DNA of 64,000 bases. It comes from Myxococcota bacterium (GTDB taxonomy: Bacteria; Myxococcota_A; Polyangia; Polyangiales; Houyiibacteriaceae). The position numbers were made by a program, and so were the translations under genes. This document shows, one piece after another, positions 1 through 9,967 of this stretch. The stretch is from assembly GCA_039030515.1 (NCBI GenBank), contig JBCCEA010000014.1, forward strand, positions 1 to 64,000, in the 5' to 3' direction. The notes beneath the pieces were generated by a model. The model made no database searches and was not told the DNA's origin. It saw only the letters and a list, made by a program, of their open reading frames with translations. Within the stretch, counting starts at the first letter, position 1; every line of letters begins with the position of its first letter.

Positions 1-59
1 GAATCAAATCGTGATTTGCGGGAGGCAAAAGCTGGCGAGCGCCGCCAAATGGCGGAGCA

Positions 60-420
60 GCCCGCCAAATCCGCCAGCCTGAAACCGTACCCGGTCAGGT
101 GTGGGGAGAGGCGTGAGGAGGCTGCAGCACCGTACCTGGTCTGGTTTGAGGCTGCAGTGCAGCTGGATAGGTACAGCGATGTGCCGTACCCGGTCAGGTG
201 TGGGGAGACCCTGCAGCACCGTACCTGGTCAGGTTTCAGGCTGCAGTGCAGCTGGATAGGTACAGCGATGTGCCGTACCTGGTCAGGTGTGAGGCTGCAG
301 TGCAGCTGGACGTATACAGCGATGTGCCGTACCTGGTCAGGCGCGGGGAGGCTGCAGCACCGTACCTGGTCCGGTTTGAGGCTGGCGGATTTGGCGGGCC
401 GCCGCGAAGCCGTGCCTGGT
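60..420. repeat. Array of short repeats (core CCGTACC[C/T]GGTC) enclosed by 28-bp inverted repeats; REP/MITE-like
   Basis: Core at 85, 130, 184, 219, 273, 327 and 360, plus degenerate CCGTGCCTGGT at 410. 60-87 GCCCGCCAAATCCGCCAGCCTGAAACCG is the reverse complement of 372-399 with one mismatch. Confidence 0.85.
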
Positions 421-551
421 GCGAGAGGTAGTGTCAGGTTGAGTGCGTTCTTAGGAGCTGAGAACGCGTCGAAGAGTCAGAGCACAATAAGAGATAAACA
501 ATCACCGGTCTGCGCTTCAGTACTGAGAGAAGAATGAATCAGTGACTTCTC

Positions 552-1121
552 CTAAAACGGTTCGAGCTGGATTCGGTCAATCCACTTACTGTAGGCAAAG
601 AGCATTCTAGACAGCACATTCCGCGTATCTTCGTCGGTCAGGACCAGATTTTTGTCGAAGCGTTTATGTGCGGAGGCGATTAGAACCTCCGGATAGGGAA
701 ACAACGCTGCCACCATGCCTAGTAGTACATTTTTCAAGTGGCCCTGAGCTCTTGCGGTTCCGACAGAGCTCTGAGTGGCTCCTAGGATTGCTACAGGCTT
801 GAGTTGGAAGGGAGAAGCGTACGCCGGACGCGATGCCCAATCGAGTGCATTCTTCAACACTCCCGGAATGCCATAGTTGTACTCGGGCGTTGCAATTAGA
901 ACGGCATCAGCCTCAGTGATCGCTTTTCTGAATTGCTCTACGGGTCTTAGGCCGTCCTCTGAATCGAGGTCACTGTTGTACAGCGGAAGCGCCCCGATCG
1001 ACGCGATCTCGATTTGGAAGCCCCTCGGGGTTAGCTCAGCACAAGCTTGCAGGGCAGCACGGTTGAAAGATTTCGCTCGAAGACTACCGCTCAGCGCAAG
1101 GATCGTTTTTTCAGTGGTCAT
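552..1121 (-). CDS. NADPH-dependent FMN reductase (ChrR/SsuE-type flavodoxin fold)
   Basis: Motifs GSLRAKSFN, ATPEYNYGIPGVLKNALDWASRP, GTARAQ. Confidence 0.93.
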   Translation of the reverse strand: MTTEKTILALSGSLRAKSFNRAALQACAELTPRGFQIEIASIGALPLYNSDLDSEDGLRPVEQFRKAITEADAVLIATPEYNYGIPGVLKNALDWASRPAYASPFQLKPVAILGATQSSVGTARAQGHLKNVLLGMVAALFPYPEVLIASAHKRFDKNLVLTDEDTRNVLSRMLFAYSKWIDRIQLEPF

Positions 1122-1220
1122 CACACTTCCTGTCTGTCGACGCGGCCTTTAACGGGGTGACGCGACGCTCGCATACGCCAGTTTGATTTTGCGTCGAGGC
1201 AAAGACGCAGAGTTTTAACT

Positions 1221-1916
1221 CTAAGCGAGATCGAAAAGTAGAAATTCTGAATTCTCCTGAGCTTCAAACTTAATGTCAGTCTGATTTTGAAGCGCGGCTC
1301 CGTCTCCCCTGGAAAGCGCTACGCCGCACATATCGAGTGTTCCCCGAACTACCTGAATCCAGGCATGCCTTGTGGGTAATAGCTCGTAACTCAAAGCCTC
1401 TCCCGTGTGCAGAGCTGAAGCGAAGAGACTCACGTCTTGTCGTACACGTAGCGACCCGTCCCGACCGTCTTTCGACGCGACGATCCTCAGTGTTCCCACA
1501 AGCTCGTCCCCGAACATTTTTTGTTCGTATTCCGGAGCGCCTCCTTCATCTTCTGGTGTCAGCCAGATTTGTAGGAAATGTACGGGTGATTCGTGCGAAT
1601 GATTGTATTCGCTATGGGTTACTCCCGTACCAGCGCTCATTCGCTGAAGCTCTCCCGGACGAATGACCGAGCCGGTGCCCATGCTGTCTCGATGCTCCAG
1701 CGCGCCTTCCACGACATAGCTTAGGATTTCCATATTTCGATGAGGATGAGTTGGAAATCCAGCTCCTGGAGCCACTCGATCTTCATTGAGTACTCGAAGT
1801 GCTCGAAATCCCATGTATTCTTCGTCATAGTAGTTCGCGAATGAGAAACTATGTTGACTTTTTAGCCAGCCGTGGTCGGCATGGCCGCGTTCGTTTGATT
1901 TCCTGACTCGTATCAT
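1221..1916 (-). CDS. Pirin family protein (YhhW-like bicupin)
   Basis: RGHADHGWLKSQHSFSFANYY, GFPTHPHRNMEI, HRDSMG, MSAGTGVTHSEYN, FLQIW. Confidence 0.95.
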   Translation of the reverse strand: MIRVRKSNERGHADHGWLKSQHSFSFANYYDEEYMGFRALRVLNEDRVAPGAGFPTHPHRNMEILSYVVEGALEHRDSMGTGSVIRPGELQRMSAGTGVTHSEYNHSHESPVHFLQIWLTPEDEGGAPEYEQKMFGDELVGTLRIVASKDGRDGSLRVRQDVSLFASALHTGEALSYELLPTRHAWIQVVRGTLDMCGVALSRGDGAALQNQTDIKFEAQENSEFLLFDLA

Positions 1917-2058
1917 TGCGTGCTTCCTCCGCGACGACTCATGTCTGGAGTATCGGTACTCAGCGTCTAGGTTCGAAAGCGTGCTCGCAGCGTTTCACCT
2001 GACGTCCGCCCGGGTACGCAGAAGTTCTTGGAGCCAGTCTCGACCACCAAATCCTTTC

Positions 2059-2125
2059 AAACCAGACCGGGTACGGTGCCTGGGAAACCAGACCGGGTAC
2101 GGTGCCTGGGGGTACGGTGCCTGGG
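2059..2125 (-). repeat. Tandem 26-bp repeat carrying the same core in reverse orientation
   Basis: AAACCAGACCGGGTACGGTGCCTGGG at 2059-2084 and 2085-2110, plus a partial copy at 2111-2125. GACCGGGTACGG is the reverse complement of CCGTACCCGGTC. Confidence 0.85.
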
Positions 2126-2440
2126 ATAAATCAAGAGCGCGTGATGGAAGCTCGGAGTGCTCGGTTCTCACTGAGGACTTTGACCGCTTGCAGTCTCTTC
2201 ATTGGCACTCGCTTTTGCGTTGATCGAATTCAAAAGAACGCTGTCATGCGGCTACCTGACCAAGACATGCTTTCGATTGGTAAAGATATTTTTCTACTTT
2301 GGTCACATCGTCGGCCTTGTCGCACCGCGCGGATGATCCCGACGTCCTGCTCCGCCGGCTCGTGCGGTTCTTGCGTACTGCAAGAAGCTCCAGAGTTATG
2401 GGCTGGTCGCGGCTTGAACCAATTTTTTGTAAACTGCTTT

Positions 2441-3407
2441 CTATATGCTTACAAAAGAACGATGTTCACATGCTGAATGCAAATTCTTGTGTTGCTTTCG
2501 AATATAGCGAAGGCGTTCCGTTTTGCTCGGATAGGACAGACCAAGTGCTCTTAACAATGTTGGGTTTGCGAAATAAATCTTTTTGGCATTGATAAAAAAC
2601 TTCTCATCGCCTGGGCCTTCTGGCTCCCGTAAATCTTCCTTTAAGTCTTGTTCCAGCAAGATGATCCGGCGGATAGACGGCTACGTTTTCAAGCGCAAAG
2701 GCATGAGGTCTGTAGATTGCACCAAATGTTGGACATCTAGGGACACCGCTCCGTTGTCTTCCCTGAAAGAAACAGCCATCCCAGTTCGTCTGCAGGCGTG
2801 TCTCTCTTGGCGTTGGGGTGGACAGCCGAGCTGGGAGACGGTGATCTTGGGGTCGACGTGTGACAAAGATGTCTCGATTCGGTGGCTTTAGAACGTCGAC
2901 AATTCCAAAACCGCTGATGTTGTGGGGCTGCAAATCGCGTTTGTTTTCCATCGGGCGACAGGGCACCGGATACTCAAAGGCTGCGTCCGCTACCGCCCAG
3001 CTAAGGCCAAGAGAAAAGTTTGTGTTTGCGCCGAAAAAGCAAGATCGGTGGCCGTTTAGGTACTCGACTAGCACCACGCGAAGGCTCTCTGCAAAAATCA
3101 GCGCCCAAGCAACTGAGCCGCATGCATACAGACTGTATTCAGGCTTTGCACCACCAGTGCTTGATGTACCTTCCCAAAGCTCCATGCAGCGATGAAGCCA
3201 GTTGTTGCCCAGAGCACCTTCAGTCAAAGGATCGGCGAAACCATGCGAAGAAGCTGCCTGCTGCAAACGAGGAAGATAGTTCCAGGTGTGATGAACAGCA
3301 TTCTCAGCGCAGTCGAAAAGATCACCTATTCCTTCTTTGACGACATCGAAAGAATGGTAGCCGATCGAGGAGTTATCCCAGTCGAGGTGGTCCAAACGGG
3401 GCGGCAT
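2441..3407 (-). pseudogene. Possible degraded gene of unknown function
   Basis: The 267-aa ORF (2604-3407) has a protein-like N-terminal part. ORFs 2681-2866 and 2441-2659 share a frame, separated by one TAG. The region looks more AT-rich than its neighbours. No family recognised. Confidence 0.3.
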
Positions 3408-3545
3408 TTGCTTTGGAGCATCTCGCTTCGTCGAGCTGTACTCGATCGAGTGCCGCTAACGGCTGATCTGTCAGGAGCGAACACGCTTGCCCGGTGATGT
3501 TGCGTCGTTCTTTGCAAAGATAGGCCGCGTTTCAGAGCGGTTTCT

Positions 3546-4340
3546 TCAAGGATCGCTTCGTTTGGACCAGGGGCATCTCGGGAACAATGCCGGAGTTCTT
3601 TGAATGTAGTCGGCATAACCTGGCTTCGTCTGCTTGAGATGCGCATCGAGCATCGAAACGCCAGAAACGCGGATCAACAAAAAGGTTTTTAGGACAGGTC
3701 CGCTGAGGGCGAGTAGCCCGTACGGTTCATCGATGGCCGCAAGACCAAACGCCCACCAAAGCACGGCCTCGCCGAAGTAGTTGGGGTGGCGCGTCAGGGC
3801 AAAGAGGCCTCGATCGAATACCTTGCCTCGATTGGCTGGCTCTCTGCGAAATCGATCGAGCTGAGCATCCGCAACAGCTTCGAAGCCAAAGCCCAGCAGA
3901 AAAAGACCCAGCACCGCGGCGTCGAGCGGGGCAAGCGGATCTCTCGGAGGAGCCGCAGCGGCAAGTTGTAGAGGAGCCGAGATAAGCCACGCGAGCATAC
4001 CCTGCAGCAGAAAGACTTGGAAAAAGCTCACCCACCAATACCGATGGGCGCCAAAGTGCTTTCGAAACGCGGCATAGCGCGGGTCTTCGGCGGCCCCGAG
4101 AGATCGGTAGAGTAGGTATCCGAAAAGGCGAAGCGCCCAGACCGCCACGAGTACCAGTAAGAATCCTTTGGCCGGAGTGAAGCCCGTTCGAATGGCGGTA
4201 TGAATGGTGACTAGCAGAAAAGAGATCGACCAAAAGGGATCGACGATGCTCGCATCCCTTTTGTAAACGCTTACGAACCAAAGCGTCGTCATCAAGCTCA
4301 AGATGAGCGCCCCGTTTTCAAAGCCCAAGCGTAGCGTCAT
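3546..4340 (-). CDS. DUF1295 family membrane protein (steroid 5-alpha reductase-like)
   Basis: DASIVDPFW, EDPRY, ADAQL, GLFALTRHPNYFGE; multiple TM helices. Confidence 0.9.
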   Translation of the reverse strand: MTLRLGFENGALILSLMTTLWFVSVYKRDASIVDPFWSISFLLVTIHTAIRTGFTPAKGFLLVLVAVWALRLFGYLLYRSLGAAEDPRYAAFRKHFGAHRYWWVSFFQVFLLQGMLAWLISAPLQLAAAAPPRDPLAPLDAAVLGLFLLGFGFEAVADAQLDRFRREPANRGKVFDRGLFALTRHPNYFGEAVLWWAFGLAAIDEPYGLLALSGPVLKTFLLIRVSGVSMLDAHLKQTKPGYADYIQRTPALFPRCPWSKRSDP

Positions 4341-4431
4341 GAGTCAGTGACTATAGAATAGCTCTCGGAAGAGGGGGCACAATCGCCGCTCGTGCCCCCT
4401 ACCTACAAGAATCTTCCCGATCAAACTCGGC

Positions 4432-5334
4432 TCACGCCTCTGCGGCTACCGGTAGCTCCGCACCGCAGTCGGCAAGCAGATCAAAAAGCTGGCTTTCGCT
4501 GGGATAATGACGAAGGCAAGTAAAGGCGCCCGCTCTGAGAAACTGCTGTCGCACCCCTTCGGTGATGTGCTCACTGATGATGACGATTTTGACGCCGCGT
4601 AGTGGCGGCCATGTGCGGATGTTTTGGCAGACATCGACACCGCCTAGTCCAGGCATGATCAGGTCTAGAAAGACCACATCGGGTGCGAACGAAGCGACGA
4701 GAACACCCGCGGAGAAGGCGTCGTTGGCGGATCGAACGACCGCTCGAGGGCACACCGCACGTATCGCTGTCGGCAGTGTGGAGGTGAGTTTACCGTTGCT
4801 GTCGCACACCGCGATGCGGGGCGCTTCCGGATCCTGGGTGGCCACTTCCGGTGGTACCGGTATGCCGCTCTTGCGCATGAAGGCGACGATATCCGCCCGC
4901 GCGATGCGTCGACGACCTCCTGCGGTGCGAAAGCTGGGCACAATGCCCGCGTCCGCCCAGCGGGCCACCGTTCTTCGGTCTACGCCGCACAGCAAAGCTG
5001 CCTGCCCCGTAGTGAGGGCCGCACCAGATTTCGTCGAACGTTCCGAGCCGGAAACACCAGCATGAAGTTCGAGCGTTTCGGTCAAGGATTTGAGCGTGTC
5101 GGTGTAGGAACAGAGTATTACGGACATGTCCAGGTATCTCCGCGAGCTGTGAGTGAAGCGTTCAACCAAGGTGGTTCGTCCAGGACGATACCAGGAAAAT
5201 TCGCCAAGAGCCTGGTTGATGTCTGTTTCTGTCCAGTTTTTGAGCAGGACTTGTCCAGGTATTCTCAGGTCCACGGACTCAAGAGTCCCGGAACCGCGGG
5301 TTCTTTTTGTCCAACTGGAACCCGCATGCTGCAA
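4432..5334 (-). CDS. Excisionase-like HTH plus receiver-domain regulator (start uncertain; alternative ATG at 5127)
   Basis: LTTGQAALLCGVDRRTVARWADAG...RTAGGRRRI (HTH_17 type), followed by PDVVFLDLIMPGLGG (REC). Confidence 0.85.
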   Translation of the reverse strand: MQHAGSSWTKRTRGSGTLESVDLRIPGQVLLKNWTETDINQALGEFSWYRPGRTTLVERFTHSSRRYLDMSVILCSYTDTLKSLTETLELHAGVSGSERSTKSGAALTTGQAALLCGVDRRTVARWADAGIVPSFRTAGGRRRIARADIVAFMRKSGIPVPPEVATQDPEAPRIAVCDSNGKLTSTLPTAIRAVCPRAVVRSANDAFSAGVLVASFAPDVVFLDLIMPGLGGVDVCQNIRTWPPLRGVKIVIISEHITEGVRQQFLRAGAFTCLRHYPSESQLFDLLADCGAELPVAAEA

Positions 5335-6168
5335 CGTGGATGGAAGGGTAGGTCCGGGCGCGCGCCTCTATGAGGCGATCGATCCGCCGTCACAGCGCGT
5401 CTTTGAGTGTCTCCTGGGACGTTATTGGCGTGGGTGCGGCTCGTAGGCCGGCTGTGATTGCGCTACGCTACAAGCCCGTTTTCGACGTGAAAAGATCTTC
5501 TTTAGAGAGTAGCGACTGACCTCCTTCCCGAAACCTTCGAACACTCCGCTCTGGTGGAGCCAAAGAAACGAAAGAGTTGCAAGTTACGAAAGATCGAAGG
5601 GTTTTTGGCGATCCTCTTTCAAATCGCACTCACCGATGTGTTTGACGGCGCCATTTCTTGCGATGCCCACCGTTCAAGGTACAAGAAAGATCAATGTCGG
5701 TTCTTGCCGAGGTCCAATCTGGCTCTTTTGCGCGAGAGGGGGCTGTCCCGTCGCGACAAAGATGCACTTAAGGGCATCGGTTTTGATTTAACGGGTAGGT
5801 TTCACACGTTCGTTGATGACAGGTGCTCCGAGCTCGGGATTACGCGTCCTCGTACAGGGGATGCACGCTACCTATTCGACACGGCTCTTAAAGAGAACCC
5901 TAGTTCTTGGAACGGCATCACCGAGGAGTTTCTCGGTCGCTATACGCAGTGTGCCCAGATGGAGCGTTCCGTATCGCGGAAAGACGGAGTCCATTTGTTG
6001 CGGCCCGTTTTTGAGTACCGCCTCTTCAATGCTCCCGGAACGCTTCGCTTGGTCCGAGCTCGGCTGTCCCTGCGTTCGGGACTTTGCCATGCCGTGCTTG
6101 ACCGATATGCGTGCGTTCCTCGTTGAATCTACGCGTGCCCTAGCGTACACGACGCGAGGAGGCCCACC

Positions 6169-6834
6169 ATGGAAGTCGATCCCAAGCAGCTCTCACTCTC
6201 CGAAACATACAAGATTCTCTCGGGTTGCGTGACTCCGCGACCCGTCGCTTTTGTATCGAGCTGCTCGCCCGAAGGGTATCCGAACCTGGCTCCATTTTCG
6301 TTTTTCAACGGGATAAGCGCCAACCCGATGGCGGTAGCGTTCTCACCCCTCACCGCTCCCGATGGAGTCGAAAAAGACACGCTCCAGAACGTATTGCCGG
6401 AGGAGGAGGGCGGAACTGGTGAATTCGTGGTGAATCTCGCATCTGAGGCCTACATCCGCGAGGTTTCTGCGGCTGCGGAACGCCTGCCTCGGAGCGAGAG
6501 CGAGTTCGACCTTACCAAGCTCGAGATGGCGTCCTCTAGGCTTGTTCGCCCGGCTCGGGTGGCCCGCTCTCCAGTGGCTTTCGAGTGCCGCACACTTCAG
6601 GTGGTACGCATCAATCGAGGTGCCCCGATGGCGGGCAATCTCGTGATCGGAGAAGTCGTGCACGTCTACCTAAGGGACGACATTACAGATGCAGAGTTTC
6701 ATATCGATCAGATGAAGATCGCCAACGTCGGGCGCATGGGCGGACCGCTTTACTGCCGAACTCTCGATGCGTTTCCTCTCGAGCGCGGCATAGCGGCACT
6801 TGAGGCGACGCTGCCCTTCACCCCTCGCGAATGA
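6169..6834 (+). CDS. Flavin reductase family protein (DIM6/NTAB type)
   Basis: PRPVAFVSS, NLAPFSFFN, KDTLQNV, GEFVVN, GRMGGPLYCRT; GGAGG RBS upstream. Confidence 0.92.
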   Translation: MEVDPKQLSLSETYKILSGCVTPRPVAFVSSCSPEGYPNLAPFSFFNGISANPMAVAFSPLTAPDGVEKDTLQNVLPEEEGGTGEFVVNLASEAYIREVSAAAERLPRSESEFDLTKLEMASSRLVRPARVARSPVAFECRTLQVVRINRGAPMAGNLVIGEVVHVYLRDDITDAEFHIDQMKIANVGRMGGPLYCRTLDAFPLERGIAALEATLPFTPRE

Positions 6835-7090
6835 TGTAGAGATCGCGAGGGGTGAGCGTTCGGGATTCGAGGTAGCTATGACGACCCGAGGTAGTGGGCT
6901 TGATGGTCCGATGCGGCCTTCTCATCCAGATCGGCCATCATGAACCGCCTAAGCCGATTGATCTTGTGTTTGATGGTCTATCCGGGCCGGGCTCTAACGC
7001 AGCCTCCCATCGGCACGTTTGCCCTCCGTGCAGCAGAAACCGCGACCTCCATCAAGCGATGCTCTTTCCGCGAATCCATCACCTAAGATG

Positions 7091-7372
7091 TTACACGTGC
7101 CATGTGACGGTTCGCGCCCCAACGCTATGAAGCCATTTCTGGACCTGCTTGTTGAGCTTGGCCCCCACGTAGTGATTACCGGCGCAGCCTTTGCGCGCCT
7201 CGCCTACCGTCATCGCGCGGCAGAGCAGCTTCAGTTGCCACCGAGTAATCACAGCTGCTATCTCACGACGCACTTTGCCGCTCGGAATGGCCGCTGAAGG
7301 GTAGTGTTTTTCGTAGACGCTTTTCGCCTTGTTCGTGAGGAACGTACCCGGCTCGATCGTTGGGTGAGCCAT
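7091..7372 (-). CDS. Hypothetical protein (ORFan or gene remnant)
   Basis: 93-aa ATG ORF with plausible composition; no family recognised. Confidence 0.3.
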   Translation of the reverse strand: MAHPTIEPGTFLTNKAKSVYEKHYPSAAIPSGKVRREIAAVITRWQLKLLCRAMTVGEARKGCAGNHYVGAKLNKQVQKWLHSVGARTVTWHV

Positions 7373-7428
7373 GGGACGAGCCTTGAGGCACTTCCTTCTT
7401 TCACGAAAATCGTATTAATATCTTTCTG

Positions 7429-9903
7429 GTGAGAATCGATAGGTGGGGTCGATTCGGGGGTGATCGAGGTCGATTTTTGGGGCTCGGTAGACTGCTTCAG
7501 TTGGTCTTGAGCTCGCTTGGACTCCTGAATATCTGCTGCACCGAAGCTGCGCCTGAGCTTGGAGATCCCGAGCTGCCCCCGTTTTTTGTGACGATTCAGC
7601 TCAGTACTGAAGAGGGTGTCCCCATCTCCGGGGTAGTCGAAAGTGCGCAGGAGCGCTGGGAGGTAGGCCCGGACGGCAGGCTTTCACTCTGGCTTACGGA
7701 TGCAACGCCGTTTCGGGCGAGTGCCGAGGGGTTTCTCAGCGAGCCTTTTGTGGTCGGTCGCAAGGACGACTCGCCCAATCCGGTCAAAGTCTTGTTGCTT
7801 CGGAGTCGCAATCGCATCGCGCTGCATTTCGGAGGCGACGTCATGTTTGGGCGCCGCTACGAGACATTGGACATGCCGCTCATTCGCTCTGGGTCTCGCG
7901 CTTCCGATGCGGCTTCCGTCGTGAGTGACCTTTCCTTGCTTTTTGAAACCGCAGATCTGAGCGTAGTGAATCTAGAAACGGTGGTGAGCCAACAGAGCCT
8001 TGATGAGGCGTATCCGCGAAAAAGATTCTTGCTGCAGATGCATCCTGAGTCGCTTGCTGGCATTTCGGCGCTCGGGGTAGATGCGGTCACGCTTGGCAAC
8101 AATCATGTTCGCGATTGGTTGGACCAAGGCGTTATCGATACGCTTTTGGCGCTCGAAGACGCCGGGATTCCTCAGGTAGGCGCCGGGATGAGTATGGAGC
8201 AGGCCGCCCAGGCTTTGCGGCTTTCTGCCGCGGGTCAGGAGGTTTCCCTACTTTCTTTCACCACAGTCGATGGTGACTTTGTCAACGACAACTACCCCCT
8301 CGATCCGACGAAGGATGTCGACGCAAGCGAGCGGTGGCAGGTGGAAGCGCGAAGGTGGGGGTGGAGTGGCACCTCGAATCAGATAGAGGTGCAGGAGCGG
8401 ATTGTCGGGGAAGTTTGGGCTTTGTTCGAAGATCTAGAGCGCACCCTAAGCGAGGATGAGATTCGGTCGCTGTGGGAGAGTCTCATTTTGGTTTATCCGG
8501 AGCTGCAAGATTGGGTTGCGCGTCGCGGTCATGGAGGTGCTGCCGGTTGGAATGGGGAGGCGGTGGAGCGAATCGCCTTGGAGTGTGCAAAGGGCGGCAT
8601 TGTGGTGGTGCAGCTGCATGCCGGTTTTCAGTTCCAGGATGCGCCATCCAGCGGGCTTCGCAGGATCGCGCAGCAGTCGATCGAAGCTGGGGCAGATCTC
8701 GTGGTCGCGCATCACCCTCATGTGCTGCAGGGCATGGAATGGTATCGCGACAAACTGATCGTCTACAGTTTGGGAAACTTCGTTTTCGATCAGAACTTTC
8801 TTCAGACTTTTCCCAGCGGCTTTCTTCGGGTGATCTTCGAATTGGATTCGGAGGACGCAAAGAAGCCGCTAGGTGAACGCCGTCGCGCTTCTCTCGTGCA
8901 GACCCGCTTTTACCCGCTTGAAATCGTGGGCTATCGTCCCGTTGCGGTGGTCGATGATGCCGCCTCCGAGATCGCACGTGGCATGCTCGCCAGCAGTGTG
9001 CTCTTTGCAGAGGCGTTCCGGGACGACGATTTGAGCGTCAAAGTGGCTCCTATCGATTCGCCTCCATCCACTGAGCCCGCTCGCTTTACAAGCGACAGGC
9101 AAAGCTTTCTGGTCTCTCAAGGCGTTTCGTTGTCTTCTGAGGCGGTCGCTGTCGCCGGGGAAACCAGCGTGTTTTTTGAGAAGCACGTCCAGGCGCTGAG
9201 TCTTGACTCCGTACAGGGCGCTTCGATGTTGGCCGGGCGCAATTTATTTCCCTACGGGGACTTTGAGGATCACTACGCCGAGGGAGACCTCAGATCTTTC
9301 GGCCATATCGCGCTCAGCGGGCCAGATGAGGTTGTCACCGCTGCAGATGCACCGTCCGGCTTGCGTTTTCTTAGAATGCGTCGGTCGGTGAGCAATGCGT
9401 CCAATCTGTTGGTGCGTCCCGTGAGTCGCGTGTCGCTGCCGAGGCATCGACTTTACGACGAACTGGGGGCTCCTCAGGACGGGGTGCCTTTGTATGAAGT
9501 CCGCTTGTGGACGCGTTGGAGTGGAAGGGGCCAGTCTGAGGCACGTCTCCGGCTCGACTACTATCGCTTTGACGATAGCGACCCGACCTCTGACCCCAGT
9601 TCGGTTCTGCTGGGTCAAACCAACGTTCCTCTGGTTTCCGAGTTTGATGGGGCGTGGCACCAGCTGCGGCTCGCTGTTCCGGAGCCACCGGTCGACCAGT
9701 GGGGGCGACCCGCCAACTCAGTTCTGCTCTACATCGAGCTGGAGCCTCCGGGAACCTGGGAGTCGATTCTTGATGTCGACCAACTCGAGTTCTGGGAATT
9801 CCGCCCGATCGTGCCCCGTCAGCAAAGGCCGTTCACGGCCCTTCACAACCCGTTTTCGGTAGATGCACAGGCTGTCGTCGGTGTTCTATCGCTCGATCGC
9901 TAA
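7429..9903 (+). CDS. capA: CapA/PgsA family metallophosphoesterase-fold protein with N- and C-terminal extensions
   Basis: GGDVMFGR, VVNLET, TLGNNHVRDW, LHAG, GADLVVAHHPHVLQGME, IVYSLGNFVF; hydrophobic N-terminus ending in Cys. Confidence 0.9.
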   Translation: MRIDRWGRFGGDRGRFLGLGRLLQLVLSSLGLLNICCTEAAPELGDPELPPFFVTIQLSTEEGVPISGVVESAQERWEVGPDGRLSLWLTDATPFRASAEGFLSEPFVVGRKDDSPNPVKVLLLRSRNRIALHFGGDVMFGRRYETLDMPLIRSGSRASDAASVVSDLSLLFETADLSVVNLETVVSQQSLDEAYPRKRFLLQMHPESLAGISALGVDAVTLGNNHVRDWLDQGVIDTLLALEDAGIPQVGAGMSMEQAAQALRLSAAGQEVSLLSFTTVDGDFVNDNYPLDPTKDVDASERWQVEARRWGWSGTSNQIEVQERIVGEVWALFEDLERTLSEDEIRSLWESLILVYPELQDWVARRGHGGAAGWNGEAVERIALECAKGGIVVVQLHAGFQFQDAPSSGLRRIAQQSIEAGADLVVAHHPHVLQGMEWYRDKLIVYSLGNFVFDQNFLQTFPSGFLRVIFELDSEDAKKPLGERRRASLVQTRFYPLEIVGYRPVAVVDDAASEIARGMLASSVLFAEAFRDDDLSVKVAPIDSPPSTEPARFTSDRQSFLVSQGVSLSSEAVAVAGETSVFFEKHVQALSLDSVQGASMLAGRNLFPYGDFEDHYAEGDLRSFGHIALSGPDEVVTAADAPSGLRFLRMRRSVSNASNLLVRPVSRVSLPRHRLYDELGAPQDGVPLYEVRLWTRWSGRGQSEARLRLDYYRFDDSDPTSDPSSVLLGQTNVPLVSEFDGAWHQLRLAVPEPPVDQWGRPANSVLLYIELEPPGTWESILDVDQLEFWEFRPIVPRQQRPFTALHNPFSVDAQAVVGVLSLDR

Positions 9904-9967
9904 ACGTTTCCGGTAGCTTACGGACTGCCTTGCTCAGCGCGCTCGTCGGCGTCCTGCTGATGTCAGA

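Noticed and set aside
85..420. CRISPR array
   Set aside because: The repeat is only 12 bp, the intervening sequences are reused rather than unique, spacing is irregular, and no cas genes are in the window.
16..537. ORFs 16-537, 198-431 and 4-219 as genes
   Set aside because: Open frames arise on both strands from the repetitive DNA; there is no independent coding evidence.
2441..2866. TAG read-through or genetic code reassignment
   Set aside because: Ordinary genes in the window (e.g. FMN reductase, pirin, thiD) end in TAG at their expected lengths, so decay is the simpler explanation.
5554..6126. 190-aa plus-strand ORF as a confident CDS
   Set aside because: It reads like an antisense frame, has no motif or clear RBS, and the opposite frame is broken by stops; left uncalled.
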